Positions 12,517-25,053 of a stretch of DNA of 64,000 bases are shown in pieces. The translations under genes and the position numbers were made by a program. How positions within the stretch are numbered: position 1 is the first letter of the stretch; the number at the start of each line of letters is the position of its first letter. The DNA is from Octopus vulgaris (taxonomy: Eukaryota). Location of the stretch: positions 44,082,001 through 44,146,000 of the forward strand of contig OX597817.1 of assembly GCA_951406725.2 (NCBI GenBank), given 5' to 3'. The notes beneath the pieces were generated by a model. The model saw only the letters and a list, made by a program, of their open reading frames with translations. It did no database searches and was not told the origin of the DNA.

Positions 12517-13380
12517 TATAAATTTTAGCCCCTATCGGAAAAAAAACTGAGGCAAATTGCAACAAGTCCCAATCAAACGTCCTGAAGCCGTGGTCATATT
12601 TTTCTTAAGTGCAGGGGATCATGGACCATATTATTTAAGGCGCTGTTTTGAAAGAGTGAAGTATATTTTGAAAGAAATTCAGTTGCTATTTCTCGCAAGT
12701 TAAGCGTTTGCGCAAGTCTTACTTTCTGACTCGTTACAAAGAACATCTTTCAATGGCGCACATGCAAACTACTGGTTAAATTTAGCCTTCCCTTTGCCAT
12801 GAACTATTCACCAGTCTTTTACTGATTAAAATGACGTTGTATCGACAGGGATAAGCCTATAATATAACTGCTATTCTTGACTTTATATTAGAGAGGCTAT
12901 CTATGAAATACATTTCAATGATATTAATGGTATAAATTGAAATACTTTATAACTTATTAGGCTCACAGTTATTTAATCGGAATTTATACACATAGAAAAT
13001 AATATGAAGCCATCTAGGAGCACATTTAGAGTTGAAGAAAACATCATTCAGTCAGAAATATAAGAAAAAATGGTTGAAATGGTTGTTCTTATGTAACCTC
13101 AGTTCATCCCTTATCGAGCAGATCTATGATCTAAACCTTTCCAGTCATAGCCATCCCGTCTCTGTTTCAGGCACAGTGTATGTAGGACTATATTATGAAA
13201 TATGTTCTTCATTTTTAAGACTAAGATGTGATATTAAAGGAATACAGCAACTATTGTTAGGAAGTCAAACAATTACATAACGGAAACTTTCTTTGGTTCA
13301 ACTTTTTTTTAAAGTGTTCGTATTCCGAGGCAGTTTGTTGAGATAAGAATCGGTTGTATCGTAATAGTGTCATATATATG

Positions 13381-13432
<52 letters not shown>

Positions 13433-13435
<3 letters not shown>

Positions 13436-13620
13436 ATCTTGGACTACTGAACTCAACACATGTTTTCTCTCTCTATTTAATTCCTCTTATTCCTTTCTGT
13501 CAAAGAGCGTAGGCTCGAAACGTAAAAGACTTTTCTATTTTTTCTGAGCGTCAAACTAATGCACTTGCTTGTTGTTCCTACACTTGTCTTCGTCGTTGTT
13601 TTTCTATAAATTTAAACTGT
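13433..13620 (+). mobile_element. Penelope-like element remnant (pLTR-like) carrying a minimal hammerhead-like motif, inserted in (TA)n
   Basis: CTTT-CTGTCAAA-GAGC gtag GCTC-GAAA-CGTA-AAAG at 13493-13528; flanked by (TA)n on both sides; homologous to 17765-17911. Confidence 0.55.
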
Positions 13621-13803
13621 ATATATATATATATATATATATCAGTAATAATTATAAAGAGTATGTAGACTTGTCCATCCTCAAAATTTATTCTCTCTTA
13701 TTTTATAATTTCGTTCAGTTCGCTTTGAGGTTAGCCAAATGGATAGACGCTGAAGAAGCTGCACCGATAATAGTGACAATTACTTCTACTGCTGCTGCTG
13801 TTG

Positions 13804-13873
<70 letters not shown>

Positions 13874-15083
13874 GTATATATTAAAATGATAATAAAGATG
13901 GTCTTTAATAGAGATCATATCTGCAGTTGATGGATTTTCTTCAGTGAGCTAATGTGGCATGTTGAAGAAAGTCAGTATTACCATAAATATTAGAAAAAAA
14001 AAAATAATGTACGTATTGATCATATAAGCATCGAGAAGCATAGTCTCCCAGGAGTCAGATACGTGTTCTGATTTACTACCCGCTTGAAATGATTCCCTTT
14101 CACCTTCTTTGCTAATATACTCTTTGGAAAAGTATGAACACCCGCCATTAATCCAATTCTGCTCCCATATGAATCTGAGGTTTTGTGCCTATACAAAAAA
14201 AAATCAATACTAATTATGTAACATAATTGATTCAGCTATTCATTAATAACATTTACGTTCATATCGTCACCGTTCATTATTTTCTCCACATCATTTTTTA
14301 GCATCAACTTTTTTCCGCTTGTTTATCATTTGCAGCGTAAGAACGGGAATAAGATTTGATTTATCATACGCAGAAAATACGAGAAGAGACTAGCAGATAG
14401 GTATACTTGTTATATCAGGCACGTGTAGTAATACTCCAGAATAATTTTTCTCTTTTTTACAGTCCTCTCTCTTTCCCTTTCTTTCACACATCTCTTTTCT
14501 TTTCCTCACAACTCTCCCTCCTCACTCTCCCTTCTCTCGTTTAGATTTCCAACAGCATCTTTCTATCTTTATATTTTCGCACACTCTTTATTTGACTGAA
14601 TCTTTACATGAATGATTCTCTCATAAACCAACCTTTCCCACTTACTTATTGAGGCGTTAATCAATGTTCCGTAACGACCGAAAGAAATCTTAGCTGCATG
14701 TGAATGTTACGTCTACTGCTCAAATAACTATATAGGATCTATTACCAGAAACTGAATCAATTACAAAATCTGATTTCTTGAACAAAATGGAATATTTCTT
14801 AAATTTCATCTTGATCTCAACATAACTGAAATATTAAAATACAGCACTAGAAATAAACGAAGTTTTGTTGTAATCTTGTTTCAACTCACTACTAATATAA
14901 CTGATATGATAATGGTTTATTCCATAGCACTAGTAATATGTCGATCTAGATAGACTACAACTTATAGCTTTGTCGTTTTCGCATCTAGGTTCAAAACTCA
15001 CTAAAGACGGTCTATTTTTTGTCTCCCCACTTCTTATAATTATCAGTCTTTTAATTCACATTTGCCATATTCTTTCCTGATAA

Positions 15084-15423
15084 TTGTTTGTTTGTTGTTT
15101 CATCCTTTAGAAGGAACAGTTGTTTGTTCCTTCTCGAGCCACGCCTGGCTCATAAGGGCCGGTTTCCCAGTTTCGTTGGCGTATAGGTTCCCCATTTGGA
15201 CTGGACGCCGGTCCGTCACAGGTGAGCTGCAAGATGCAGGAGGAAAGAGTGAGAGAAAGCTGTGGTGAAAGAGTCAGCAGAAGTTCGCCATTACCTTCTG
15301 CCGGAGCCGCATGGAGCTTAGGTGTTTCGCTCATAAACATACACATCGCCTGGTCTAAGATTCTAACCCGCGATCCCTCGACCGCGAGTCCGCTGCTCAA
15401 ACCACTAGGCCATGTGCCTCCAC
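15084..15423 (-). mobile_element. SINE family C (tRNA-derived head), tail type X
   Basis: Head GAGGCACATGGCCTAGTGG..GGACTCGCGGTC..GGTTAGAATC. 12-bp TSD CTTTCCTGATAA at 15072-15083 and 15424-15435. (AAC/AAAC)n tail. Confidence 0.88.
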
Positions 15424-15685
15424 CTTTCCTGATAACACTGTCTCATAATTCCCTATTAGGTCTTTATTTAGCTTAAGTTAGGCTTTTGTTTTGGTCAAAT
15501 CAGCATGGGAAGCACATGATGCAAGTAAGAGATATTGGCTGTTTTGAATGGCTCTCAATGAAATAAGTAGCATTGCTATGTACTTCATCGATTCGAGAAG
15601 AGATGGCCTCGATTGAATTCCAATTCAGAATGTAAAGGGATCTAGTTAAATACCAGTAGACATTAATTTTCTTTCCTTAAGAAAG

Positions 15686-15885
15686 GCGGTGAGCTGGCAG
15701 AATCGTTAGTACATCAGACAAAATGCTTAGCAGCATTTCTTCCAGCTCATCACGTTCTGAATTCACCCGAAGTTGGCTTTGCCTTTTGGCTCGATAAGAT
15801 AAGTACTAGTTGAGTACTGGCGTTAATATAATAAACTAGTCACCAAACACCAAATTTCGGGCCTTGAACCTACAGTAGAAAGAAA
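15686..15885 (+). mobile_element. SINE family A monomer, type-2 tail, diverged
   Basis: GGCGGTGAGCTGGCAGAATCGTTAG..AAGTACTAG..AATTTCGGGCCTTG..AGTAGAAAG. Confidence 0.8.
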
Positions 15886-16193
15886 ATTTCTCTCTACGTA
15901 TTCTGTTTTTCATTGTTCTTAATGAAATAGTAAAAACCATTTCAAAGAAAGTAGCATAGATACTTCGTAAACTCGAAAGTAGCAAGAGGAATATTTAAGT
16001 TAAAAAATCCATTTTCTTTTCAACGATGGACTGCAGTAGATAGAGTTGACTCCATTTATTCCAATTTCGTATGTATCAAACCTGAAGGTCGGGAAGCAGA
16101 CTTCTTACCACACAGCCACGCGTATCTTTTCGTATTTGTATTTAATATAAGAGCATTTCTCTGAGATATTTTAGTCTCAGCCATATTGAAAAT

Positions 16194-16364
16194 TTTCTTT
16201 TCTACTCTAGACACAAGGCCCGAAATTTTGAGGGAGGGGGCCAGCCGATTAGATCGACACCAGTACGCAACTGGTAATTAATTTATCGATCCCGAAAGGA
16301 TGAAAGGCAAAGTGGACCTCGGCGGAATTTGAACTCAGAACGTTTATGCCAGCTCGCTGCCTTT
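16194..16364 (-). mobile_element. SINE family A monomer, type-2 tail, anticodon arm deleted
   Basis: 12-bp TSD CATATTGAAAAT at 16182-16193 and 16365-16376. Confidence 0.85.
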
Positions 16365-16825
16365 CATATTGAAAATATTAAAATACCTTTGAGAACTCTA
16401 TATTTGGGTGAAACTTACTTCATAAACGCTCCTGTTTCACTTCCTAAACTATTCACTCATAACATGTTTATAAGCACAAAACCAGCCAGTATTCGAAAGA
16501 TTTTAATGTCTACATAAATAAAGTTATTGACGCTCTTGAACATCTATTCCATTCCAGCCAAAGAAATGTTCTAAATTGTACAAATAATAACGTATTAATC
16601 GATTGATAATATGCAAATATTTTGGAGGACAAACAACTAAACTACTAAACAACCAAACAATGCCAAGTAACTAAAACTCCTCAGAAATGCAGACAGTGCA
16701 TTAAAACTAAATTTAAAATTTATTCATGCTGATAGAGTGTGTTAAATTAATGCCCAGTTTTCAAACAATAATTAAATAAATAATTGCTTAATGGAATTAT
16801 TCAAAAATTTAACTATGCTAGTATT

Positions 16826-16931
<106 letters not shown>

Positions 16932-17764
16932 GATGCCTACTTAAATAAATAGCGTAAATAAATAAAGACACTTGGTATTCTACTTATGTTACACAGTATA
17001 AATAATAGAAAACAAAATTAAATTAAATCTCTTCAAAGCAATGATGACAAATATATTATAAAACATTATTTTTATAAACATAGAGTGAGAAAAATTTCTA
17101 AACAGGATTAATTAAAAATTTGGACAAATTTCTCTCACTTAAACACACACAAACACACACAAACACATACACATAATCACACATACACATGTACGTGTGT
17201 ATTTATGCGAATGCTTAATTAGAATGTTAAAGTGAGCAATTAACTTGTTGATTTAATAAATCATCCTATAGACGATCAATGTGATCAAATAACTTTACTA
17301 AACGTGAATATCATTTAAATAAATTCATCGACGCTATTGTTCTGAAAGAGAAATTATAAAATCAACGGCTGATAATCATATGATAATCACACTAGAGAAT
17401 CTTATATTTCAAAAACATAATGCTGGTTATAATTAGTGGTTGAAATTTCAAATAATGAATATATTTTTTCTCGTTTTTATTTTCTTTTGTTAAACGATTA
17501 GGAATTTCAAATTATTTTCACAAAAAGATATTGGGAAAAAGATCTGAAATTTAAATTCAAACTGAAACTGAACTTCAAATTCAATATCAAGAATTTCAAT
17601 TTGAATTCAGTTTGTTTATTTTGATTCGATTAGTTTCCAGCCGTGGATGGCCCGGCACCTTGTTTGGGCAAGAGTCTTCTATCATAGTTTTGGGCCGACC
17701 AAAGCCTTGTGAGTGGATTTGGTACTCGGAAACTGAAAGAAGTCGGTCGTGTATATTTATATAT

Positions 17765-17911
17765 AGGGAGAGTTACAAAACAAATAGATGTATTAGTATA
17801 ACACTCTGGAATAGATAAAGTCTTTTACGTTTCGAGCCTACGCTCTTCTACAGAAAGGGACACAGAAAAAACAAGGAGAGAAAAAATGTGTGTCGTGGCT
17901 AACGATCTATC
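17765..17911 (-). mobile_element. Penelope-like remnant with minimal hammerhead-like motif
   Basis: Minus strand 17857-17822: CTTT-CTGTAGA-A-GAGC gtag GCTC-GAAA-CGTA-AAAG; adjacent to (TA)n. Confidence 0.55.
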
Positions 17912-17937
17912 ATATATATATATATATATCTATCAAT

Positions 17938-17995
<58 letters not shown>

Positions 17996-18550
17996 AAATG
18001 TGTGTGTGCGTGTGTGAACGCGCGCATGTCTTTGTGCTCGGCCATTTTGCAGTTCAAACTGCATTAACTTGACATTTGAAGTCCACAAGTAAGAATGCAG
18101 ATAAAACTTGTATTCAATGTCTATTGTTGGCTTATGTCCAATTTTAATATAGCAAATTTTGGGAATAATAGATTTCGTGTTAAATCAAGCTAGACGCCGA
18201 AACCCAGCAACAGAAATTAAAGTCCCTGCATCCGTTTGTGAAACACCATTGACCTTTATTATAGAGGGATGGATATAAAGCTAAACTGTATAAAGAAAGA
18301 CATTTACGGTGTTTGGAGTATTTATATCACAAGGGTTTTAACTGGCGATTGTGACAGAATCTTAATCGAATTTAATTCAGTCAGTAATAAATGATAAACT
18401 ATAAGAAAAAACATATGCAAAGACGCGCACATACAGATACAAATATATGTATGTGTGAATTAAAACATACATACGTGCATACATACATACATCCGCCTAT
18501 CGGATGTTAACATAAGGCTAAAGATCAGTGAAAAAGAAAATATCTACACT

Positions 18551-19200
18551 CAGTGGCCCGGGAACGAAATTTACTTAGGGGGTGCAAACTCAGGTTCAAT
18601 TCTTTTACAAACAAGACCGGTTTTTTTGTCAGTCTTAATCTCAAAACAAACACAGGTATGATAATATTTATCATTATTATATATGGAAAGGTAATGCTTC
18701 AAATCATTCCAAAAAAATTTCTATACTCGTTCATTTTGGCGATGAAGTTTTCCAAGAAGTGTTTTCATTGCACAAATTTTTATGTACATGCATAACAGCA
18801 CAGTGTATCAGACGGTGTTGCGTCATTATGGTTACTGAGTCAGCTCTTCAAACAGCGAAGTGTGCTGAACATTCTTTCGCTTGATGCGACAAAGGCTTGC
18901 AACATGATGATATTTTAATCATAAAGGCTGGCCCATAGCGCTTCCATAAGAACTGTGATTTGGTGAACAAAGATCAATGCATCAGTGACCATGGAAACAG
19001 CAGATCCAATTTCTTGGATGACAAAGTCCAGAGAGTGGTTTCCACAGTCTACAAAATATACCAGGAAACATGTCTTTTAATCTCTTTTGTATGCCTGAAA
19101 TGTTCTGCTCATAATGTATGCGCCATCAAAGACAAAAGCAACATAATTTTGAGCTTAGAGAAATGTTTGGTCAGCAAAAACATCCAGAATAACCTTAGTC
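18551..19200 (-). pseudogene. Decayed hAT-superfamily transposase fragment
   Basis: Minus-strand translation with frameshifts and stops gives FDGAYIMS..GIQKRLKDMFP..CGNHSLD (catalytic region) and VASSERMFSTLRCLKS*L..MTQHRL..MHVHK..RNFFG (hAT C-terminal dimerisation motif). Candidate terminus CAGTGGCCCG at 18551. Confidence 0.75.
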
Positions 19201-19252
19201 ATTGTCTCAGACTAAGTTGGCATTACATGTTCTATACGCAATCATACAAACT

Positions 19253-19317
<65 letters not shown>

Positions 19318-20015
19318 GATAGGCTTCAGTTCCGTCTATCAAATCCACTCAAAAGACTTATATGTTGAAATTCCGGAGAAGGAGCCTTGGATTTAGGTTA
19401 GAAACCGGTTCTTTTTCTGTTGGCAAAAAATCTTGAAATAGAACTGAATAATGACATACATACGGATTAACCTAGAACACGTGTGTTTGAAAAGTTGAGC
19501 AACGAAAGCCCCTATACACAAAATACGCACAAAAGTAAAAATGTTTCTTCCAAAAGATTCGTGATGTCTTGATTTTAAACAAATATTTTTACAAATATTT
19601 TTTTAAAAATAACTAATAACATTTAAGGAAAGGTGTGTTTAAATATTGTTTAAATACTCTGTTAAGTATTTTTTGCAACAGCTTTTACACACACCCTCTC
19701 TCTCACACACAAACCCACACATCCTGTGTCTGTCTTTCTGTCTGCTTGCTTCTGTCTGTATACATACGTGTATATGTATCGCGATGTAAGTATTGTAAAA
19801 TATATATTTGAACATGTATTTCATAAATATGCATACGGTGCAAACGTTATCTGATATAGAACGCAATACGTTGGGTGGCATGGATAGATATGTTTATTAT
19901 ATCAAAATGCGATTCTCTATGCTGAGGTGTATATATATATACACATATATATATATATATATAAGAAATATTGAATTTCTAAATCTCTCGTAGAGACATG
20001 TACGGTGGTGGGGCG

Positions 20016-20254
20016 ATAGAATGGTTGTATACTGTCAATCTAACACGAACGTGACAGTAGGGGGGTACACCACCACTGTATAGCCCTAGGAAGCTTCGGC
20101 GGCCGAGGGTGTTTGTCTCTCCTTCGTAAATGTATATAAGGACACAGGGAAAAATGTGTCAAAGCCATCAGGAGGCGTTCGATGCTTCCTAGGGCTATAC
20201 AGCGGTGGTGTACCCCCCTACTGTCACGTTCGTGTTAGATTGACAGTATACAAC

Positions 20255-20262
<8 letters not shown>
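20016..20262. mobile_element. MITE-like / fold-back element with 79-bp terminal inverted repeats
   Basis: 20016-20094 and 20184-20262 are reverse complements with one mismatch; 89-bp spacer; (TA)n on the right flank. Confidence 0.8.
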
Positions 20263-20290
<28 letters not shown>

Positions 20291-20427
20291 TCACAAATAC
20301 ATTCACATGCACACATACATGCATAAAAACATATTTATAAACATGCTATTTATTCTAATTTGTTCAAGCATCTGTCCAATTACTTATAATGTTTTATGAA
20401 CAAACAGTAACATGAACGCAAGCATCT

Positions 20428-20491
<64 letters not shown>

Positions 20492-20519
20492 ATGTTTGAA
20501 AGACAACCCCAAACATATA

Positions 20520-20885
20520 TAGTGATACCTCGCAGTACGAGTTTAATTCGTTTCATGACCGAACTCGTCTGACGATTTACTAGTTATACAAATCAATTTT
20601 CCCTATTGAAATTAACTAAAATATAATTAATCCGTTCCAGCCCCACAAAACCACTCAAAAATAGGTTTTTATGGGTTTTAAGACAGAAGAGGCGTAGTTA
20701 CAAGTAAAATGACAATTATAAAAAAGAGAATGCATAAGAAATATGTAAAGTGGTTTTATTAACTGAATTACCTTGAAGATGGGACGATATGTGTGCGCGT
20801 ACTGCGGATTTCCGCTCGTACTTCAAGACAAAAATTCGCACAAATTACTCGTACAATGGGACACTCGTACTATGTGGTTTTACTG
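20520..20885. mobile_element. Tigger/pogo-type MITE, decayed
   Basis: Ends (T)AGTGATACCTCG and TGGTTTTACTG|TA, with subterminal CTCGTA repeats. Confidence 0.6.
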
Positions 20886-21230
20886 TATTTTCTTTTAACA
20901 TTTTGATTTATTGCAAAACCAAAATCTGACAACTTCAAATAAATGAAAATTCAATAGTGTTCCAACATGACCATATATTGTATGATTATAAGCTGACCAA
21001 AATGAGGTGATTGAGCATGTTTAAATATGGAAAATACCTCTAACAGACTACAACGTTCTCTCTGGCATTAATTTTTCTTCTTTCTTCATGTTGTTGGAAA
21101 GGCGGCGAGCAGGAAGAATCTTCAGCACGCCCGTACAAAATGCTTAACAGAGTTTCTTGCAACTTTACGGTTCGAGTCCAAATTCCATGTGTAATGTTAT
21201 TAGCACTGTGCCTATAGTTACTGCTATTGC

Positions 21231-21285
<55 letters not shown>

Positions 21286-21380
21286 CACAACAGATTAGAC
21301 TTGGAAAATAAAAAATTAAGGCGGGTTCTTGACATCTAAGGTTACTTGTTGTAGCCCGATGTTTGGAATTTTTTCTTTTC

Positions 21381-21439
<59 letters not shown>

Positions 21440-22169
21440 GTTACGCACTGGGGTCCATGTAATCGACTAGCCCTCTCCCCTAAAATTTTAGGCATTGTGC
21501 CTATTAGTAGAAAGGATTATTATTATTATTGATATTATTATTATTATTATTATTGTTGTTGTTGTTATACTTCCGCTGGGGTCAATAAAATAAGTACCAG
21601 TCGAGTATTGGGGTCTATGCAATTGACTTACACCATCCACCGAAAATGCTGGCCTTGTACCAGAATTCGAAACCGTTATTATATATACCTGTATGCTTTT
21701 ATTTAGAGTAATATTATCATATCACTTCTTCATTCTCGTTTCTGGGAATGAGGAATCGCTTTCCTTTATTGTAATTTTCGTTTACTCTTATTCTAACCTA
21801 TTTATTGCCTGTTTCGTCGCGCGCTTTGTAGTGGCTTTATTATTAGCCTACCATATGCTTTATATCTTCTTCTATCATTATCTATTTCGGTATTGCTATT
21901 ATCTAACTCCTGCACGTTATTTGACCAACTTTATTCTTATTTTATACTTATCTCTATATATCCAACGCACAACGCTTGACAGTCGCACACTGTAAGAGCG
22001 CAACATTTGATGCAAATCTGACGAAGTGTTAATCTAATGTATGAAGCAGAAAATATTACGTAAATTTTCCCATCGAACTTTTGTGTGCAATGGCGTTAAA
22101 AACAGAATGGCACTGAAACAAATGTTATTAACTGGTCACTAGAGATGTATTAAACTCTTCTTTCCTAGT

Positions 22170-22227
<58 letters not shown>

Positions 22228-22236
22228 CATACATAG

Positions 22237-22267
<31 letters not shown>

Positions 22268-22307
22268 CATACATATATACATACATACATATATATATAT
22301 ATATATG

Positions 22308-22350
<43 letters not shown>

Positions 22351-22357
22351 GTATATA

Positions 22358-22388
<31 letters not shown>

Positions 22389-23217
22389 ATAGTTTTGTAT
22401 TTGCTATTTTCTTCTGTATTAGTAAATTGCTTAATTATTCTATTATTCTATTTTAGTATAGAAAGCAATCCCAAATATTCTGGCATTAAGAATCAGCCAC
22501 TGGAAAATGTCACCTGGTTCCACATGTACTTTATTAATTTTTATTAGTTGCTCATAAGAAACTTGTGGTTGTCCCATGTAAATTAACCATCCTGCGTGAT
22601 AAAGAGGGCTTGCTCATTTTATTCACTAAAAAGCGAGCTTCCTATTTTAGTGAGGGAACTGTACATGACGCGCACTTGTAAAAAATCAAATTAATGGAAT
22701 GACTTAGAAACAGTTGTGGTTGACAGAGCATGAAGTTTGAAAGTTGGAAAAACTGTATTGTTGATGCTGAATAATGGATGGTACGAATGCCAAAACTATC
22801 GGTATTAAATTGTAAGAGGAAATGGAATTTACTAAATCTAGAGACAGCAAGAAATATTCGATGTAATTGGAAAAGAAGAATTTATTAACTTACATTGAAT
22901 AGAAAACCTTTTTGTAATTTTGATGCATTGCCTCCATTAAAAATTAAGCGTTGTGGTGATTTACATTGAATGTCGAAGAATTCCAGATTTTACAAGTCTT
23001 TATCTTTATCGAGATAACACTTTTGTTTTTGTTGGTGATTTTCTCAACTATGATTAGTTCATACTGTTTAGAAATATGATGGATTGGCCGATGTGGAGTA
23101 TAAACTCTCTCTCATTAGTAGATACTTGAAAAAGATTAGCGATAGAGAAACTGCTTAACTGATTTGTGTGAAGAAGAGTGTATATACTGTGTGGGATATA
23201 TTTTAGTGTATTTGAAG

Positions 23218-23639
23218 GGCGGCGAGCTGGCAGAATCGTTAGCACGCCGGGCGAAATGCTTAGCGGTATTTCATCTGCCGCTGCGTTCTGAGTTCAAATT
23301 CCGCCGAGGTCGACTTTGCCTTTCATTCTTTCGGGGTCGACAAATTAAGTACCAGTTATGCACTGGGTCGATGTAATCGACTTAATCCGTTTGTCTGTCC
23401 TTGTTTGTCCCCTCTATGTTTAGCCCTCTGTGGGTAATAAAGAAACAGGTATTTCGTCTGCCGTAACGTTCTGAGTTCAAATTCTGCCGAGGTCGACTTT
23501 CTCTTCCATCCTTTCGGGGTCGATTAAATAAGTACCAGTTGATAACTGAGGTCGATGTAATCGACTTAATCCGTTTGTCTGTCCTTGTTTGTCCCCTCTA
23601 TGTTTAGCCCTCTGTGGGCAATAAAGAAATGAATGAATA
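23218..23639 (+). mobile_element. SINE family A homodimer (head + two type-1 units)
   Basis: Units 23266-23448 and 23449-23630, (GAAT)n tail, 13-bp TSD TTTAGTGTATTTG at 23202-23214 and 23640-23652. Confidence 0.92.
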
Positions 23640-24688
23640 TTTAGTGTATTTGTAGTAGGAAATGTTTATATATAGTTCTATTTATCATTAGTGAAATAAC
23701 CTAGCTCTGTAACTACAATAACATTTCTTAGTTAATAATAACAATAATAGGTAGTAATTGCTTCAACTTTTAACTTAATCATGTTTTCAATCAACAGTCT
23801 CCAATATCATCAGCCTTTCGTAGTAATTCGTACAATACTGTTTTGAAAACTGTTTAGCAACCGCCATGATTAGTAATGCCAGTAACCTCATTTAATAATG
23901 TCTGTAACACTGTGTAGTAATCTTCATAGCATGTTTGTTAATAATTCTGATAAACCGAGAGAGCAGGAAAGACATTTTTCAAAAGTTCATTATACCTCGC
24001 TGCTTTGATATATTGGAGAGCATCTACGGAGGAAATTAGAATGCTGAATGACAGGAGGATTGCAAGAGATCGATTTGCAGATAACCCACTGGTGCAGACA
24101 TTAGGGATGGGTTTAGAATATTATCTGACATATTTCCATTGGTAATTTGTTATAGTGCCAGGGATTATTTCGATGCCAATTCATTGAATGCTACGTCTGG
24201 CACAGTTGAAAAAGTAATGGTGTGATGAGTTAATTGAAATTGATTATTGGAATTTTGAGCGAAGTTTTAGCGAAGTTTTGCATGCGAAAAGGAAGACGGT
24301 CTGTCAAGCTGATAATTTCTCTTTGGGTATAGAGATTGCTGCAGTAGAAATGCAAAGATTTGTAATGTGTTCGAGAAAAACATTACTCAGTGCTGTGACA
24401 GTAAAGAAAAACATTATGCTGCAAAGCTATCAAAACGAATGCGTATATCGCTTTGATTATATTTATGATTGTATTTTGAGCATATTGCCTGTTTTCACCG
24501 AATACATTATATAGTTTTATAGATTCTGTCACCTCATCCAGTTTATGTTTCCTTATGTTCTTTTGCACATTCAGATTTAATAAAACATTAGGAGATAAAT
24601 ACCTTGTAAATGCTAATGAGAAATAAATAGGGAAACGTGTGAAAACAGCTCTAATGATTGTTCCTTTTAAATATATGTAAGTGACGTT

Positions 24689-24808
24689 GCTTACGGCCAT
24701 ATCACGTTGAAAGCACCGGTTCTCGTCCGATCACCGAAGTTAAGCAACGTCGAACCTAGTCAGTACTTAGATGGGTGGCCGCTTGGGAAACCTAGGTGCA
24801 GCAAGCGT
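24689..24808 (+). rRNA. 5S: 5S rRNA, full-length solitary copy, probably a retro-pseudogene
   Basis: GCTTACGGCCATATCACGTTG..CCGATCACCGAAGTTAAGC..AGTACTTAGATGGGTGGCCGCTTGGGAAACCTAGGTGCAGCAAGC, about 120 nt. Helix-I mismatch (GCAAGC instead of GTAAGC), altered C box, no oligo-T terminator, not in an array. Confidence 0.93.
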
Positions 24809-24820
24809 AACACATTGTTA

Positions 24821-25053
24821 AGGCGGCGAGCTGGCAGAATCGTTAGCACGCCGGGCGAAATGCGTAGCCGTATTTCGTCTGCCGTTACGTTCTGAGTTCA
24901 AATTCCGTCGAGGTCGACTTTGCCTTTTATCCTTTCGGGGTCGATTAAATAAGTACCAGTTACGCACTGGGTCGATATAATCGACTTAATCCGTTTGTCT
25001 GTCATTGTTTGTCCTCTCTGTGTTTAGCCCCTTGTGGGTAGTAAAGAAATAGG
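24821..25053 (+). mobile_element. SINE family A monomer (type-1 tail) fused behind the 5S copy
   Basis: Intact head and unit ending AAAGAAATAGG(TAT); shares its flanking direct repeat with the 5S. Confidence 0.92.

Noticed and set aside
22490-22990. Possible Helitron helicase remnant on minus (QFP..KLAF-like)
   Set aside because: Too degenerate to support without a translated search.
23164-23376. Recurring peptides GGELAE..LRSEFKFRRGRLC and RRASFSF..PNPLTRLW
   Set aside because: They are translations of SINE families A and B, not a protein family.
23266-23630. Tandem SINE units as a CRISPR array or a hammerhead retrozyme
   Set aside because: There are no unique spacers, the context is eukaryotic, and I found no CUGANGA..GAAA core on either strand of the unit.
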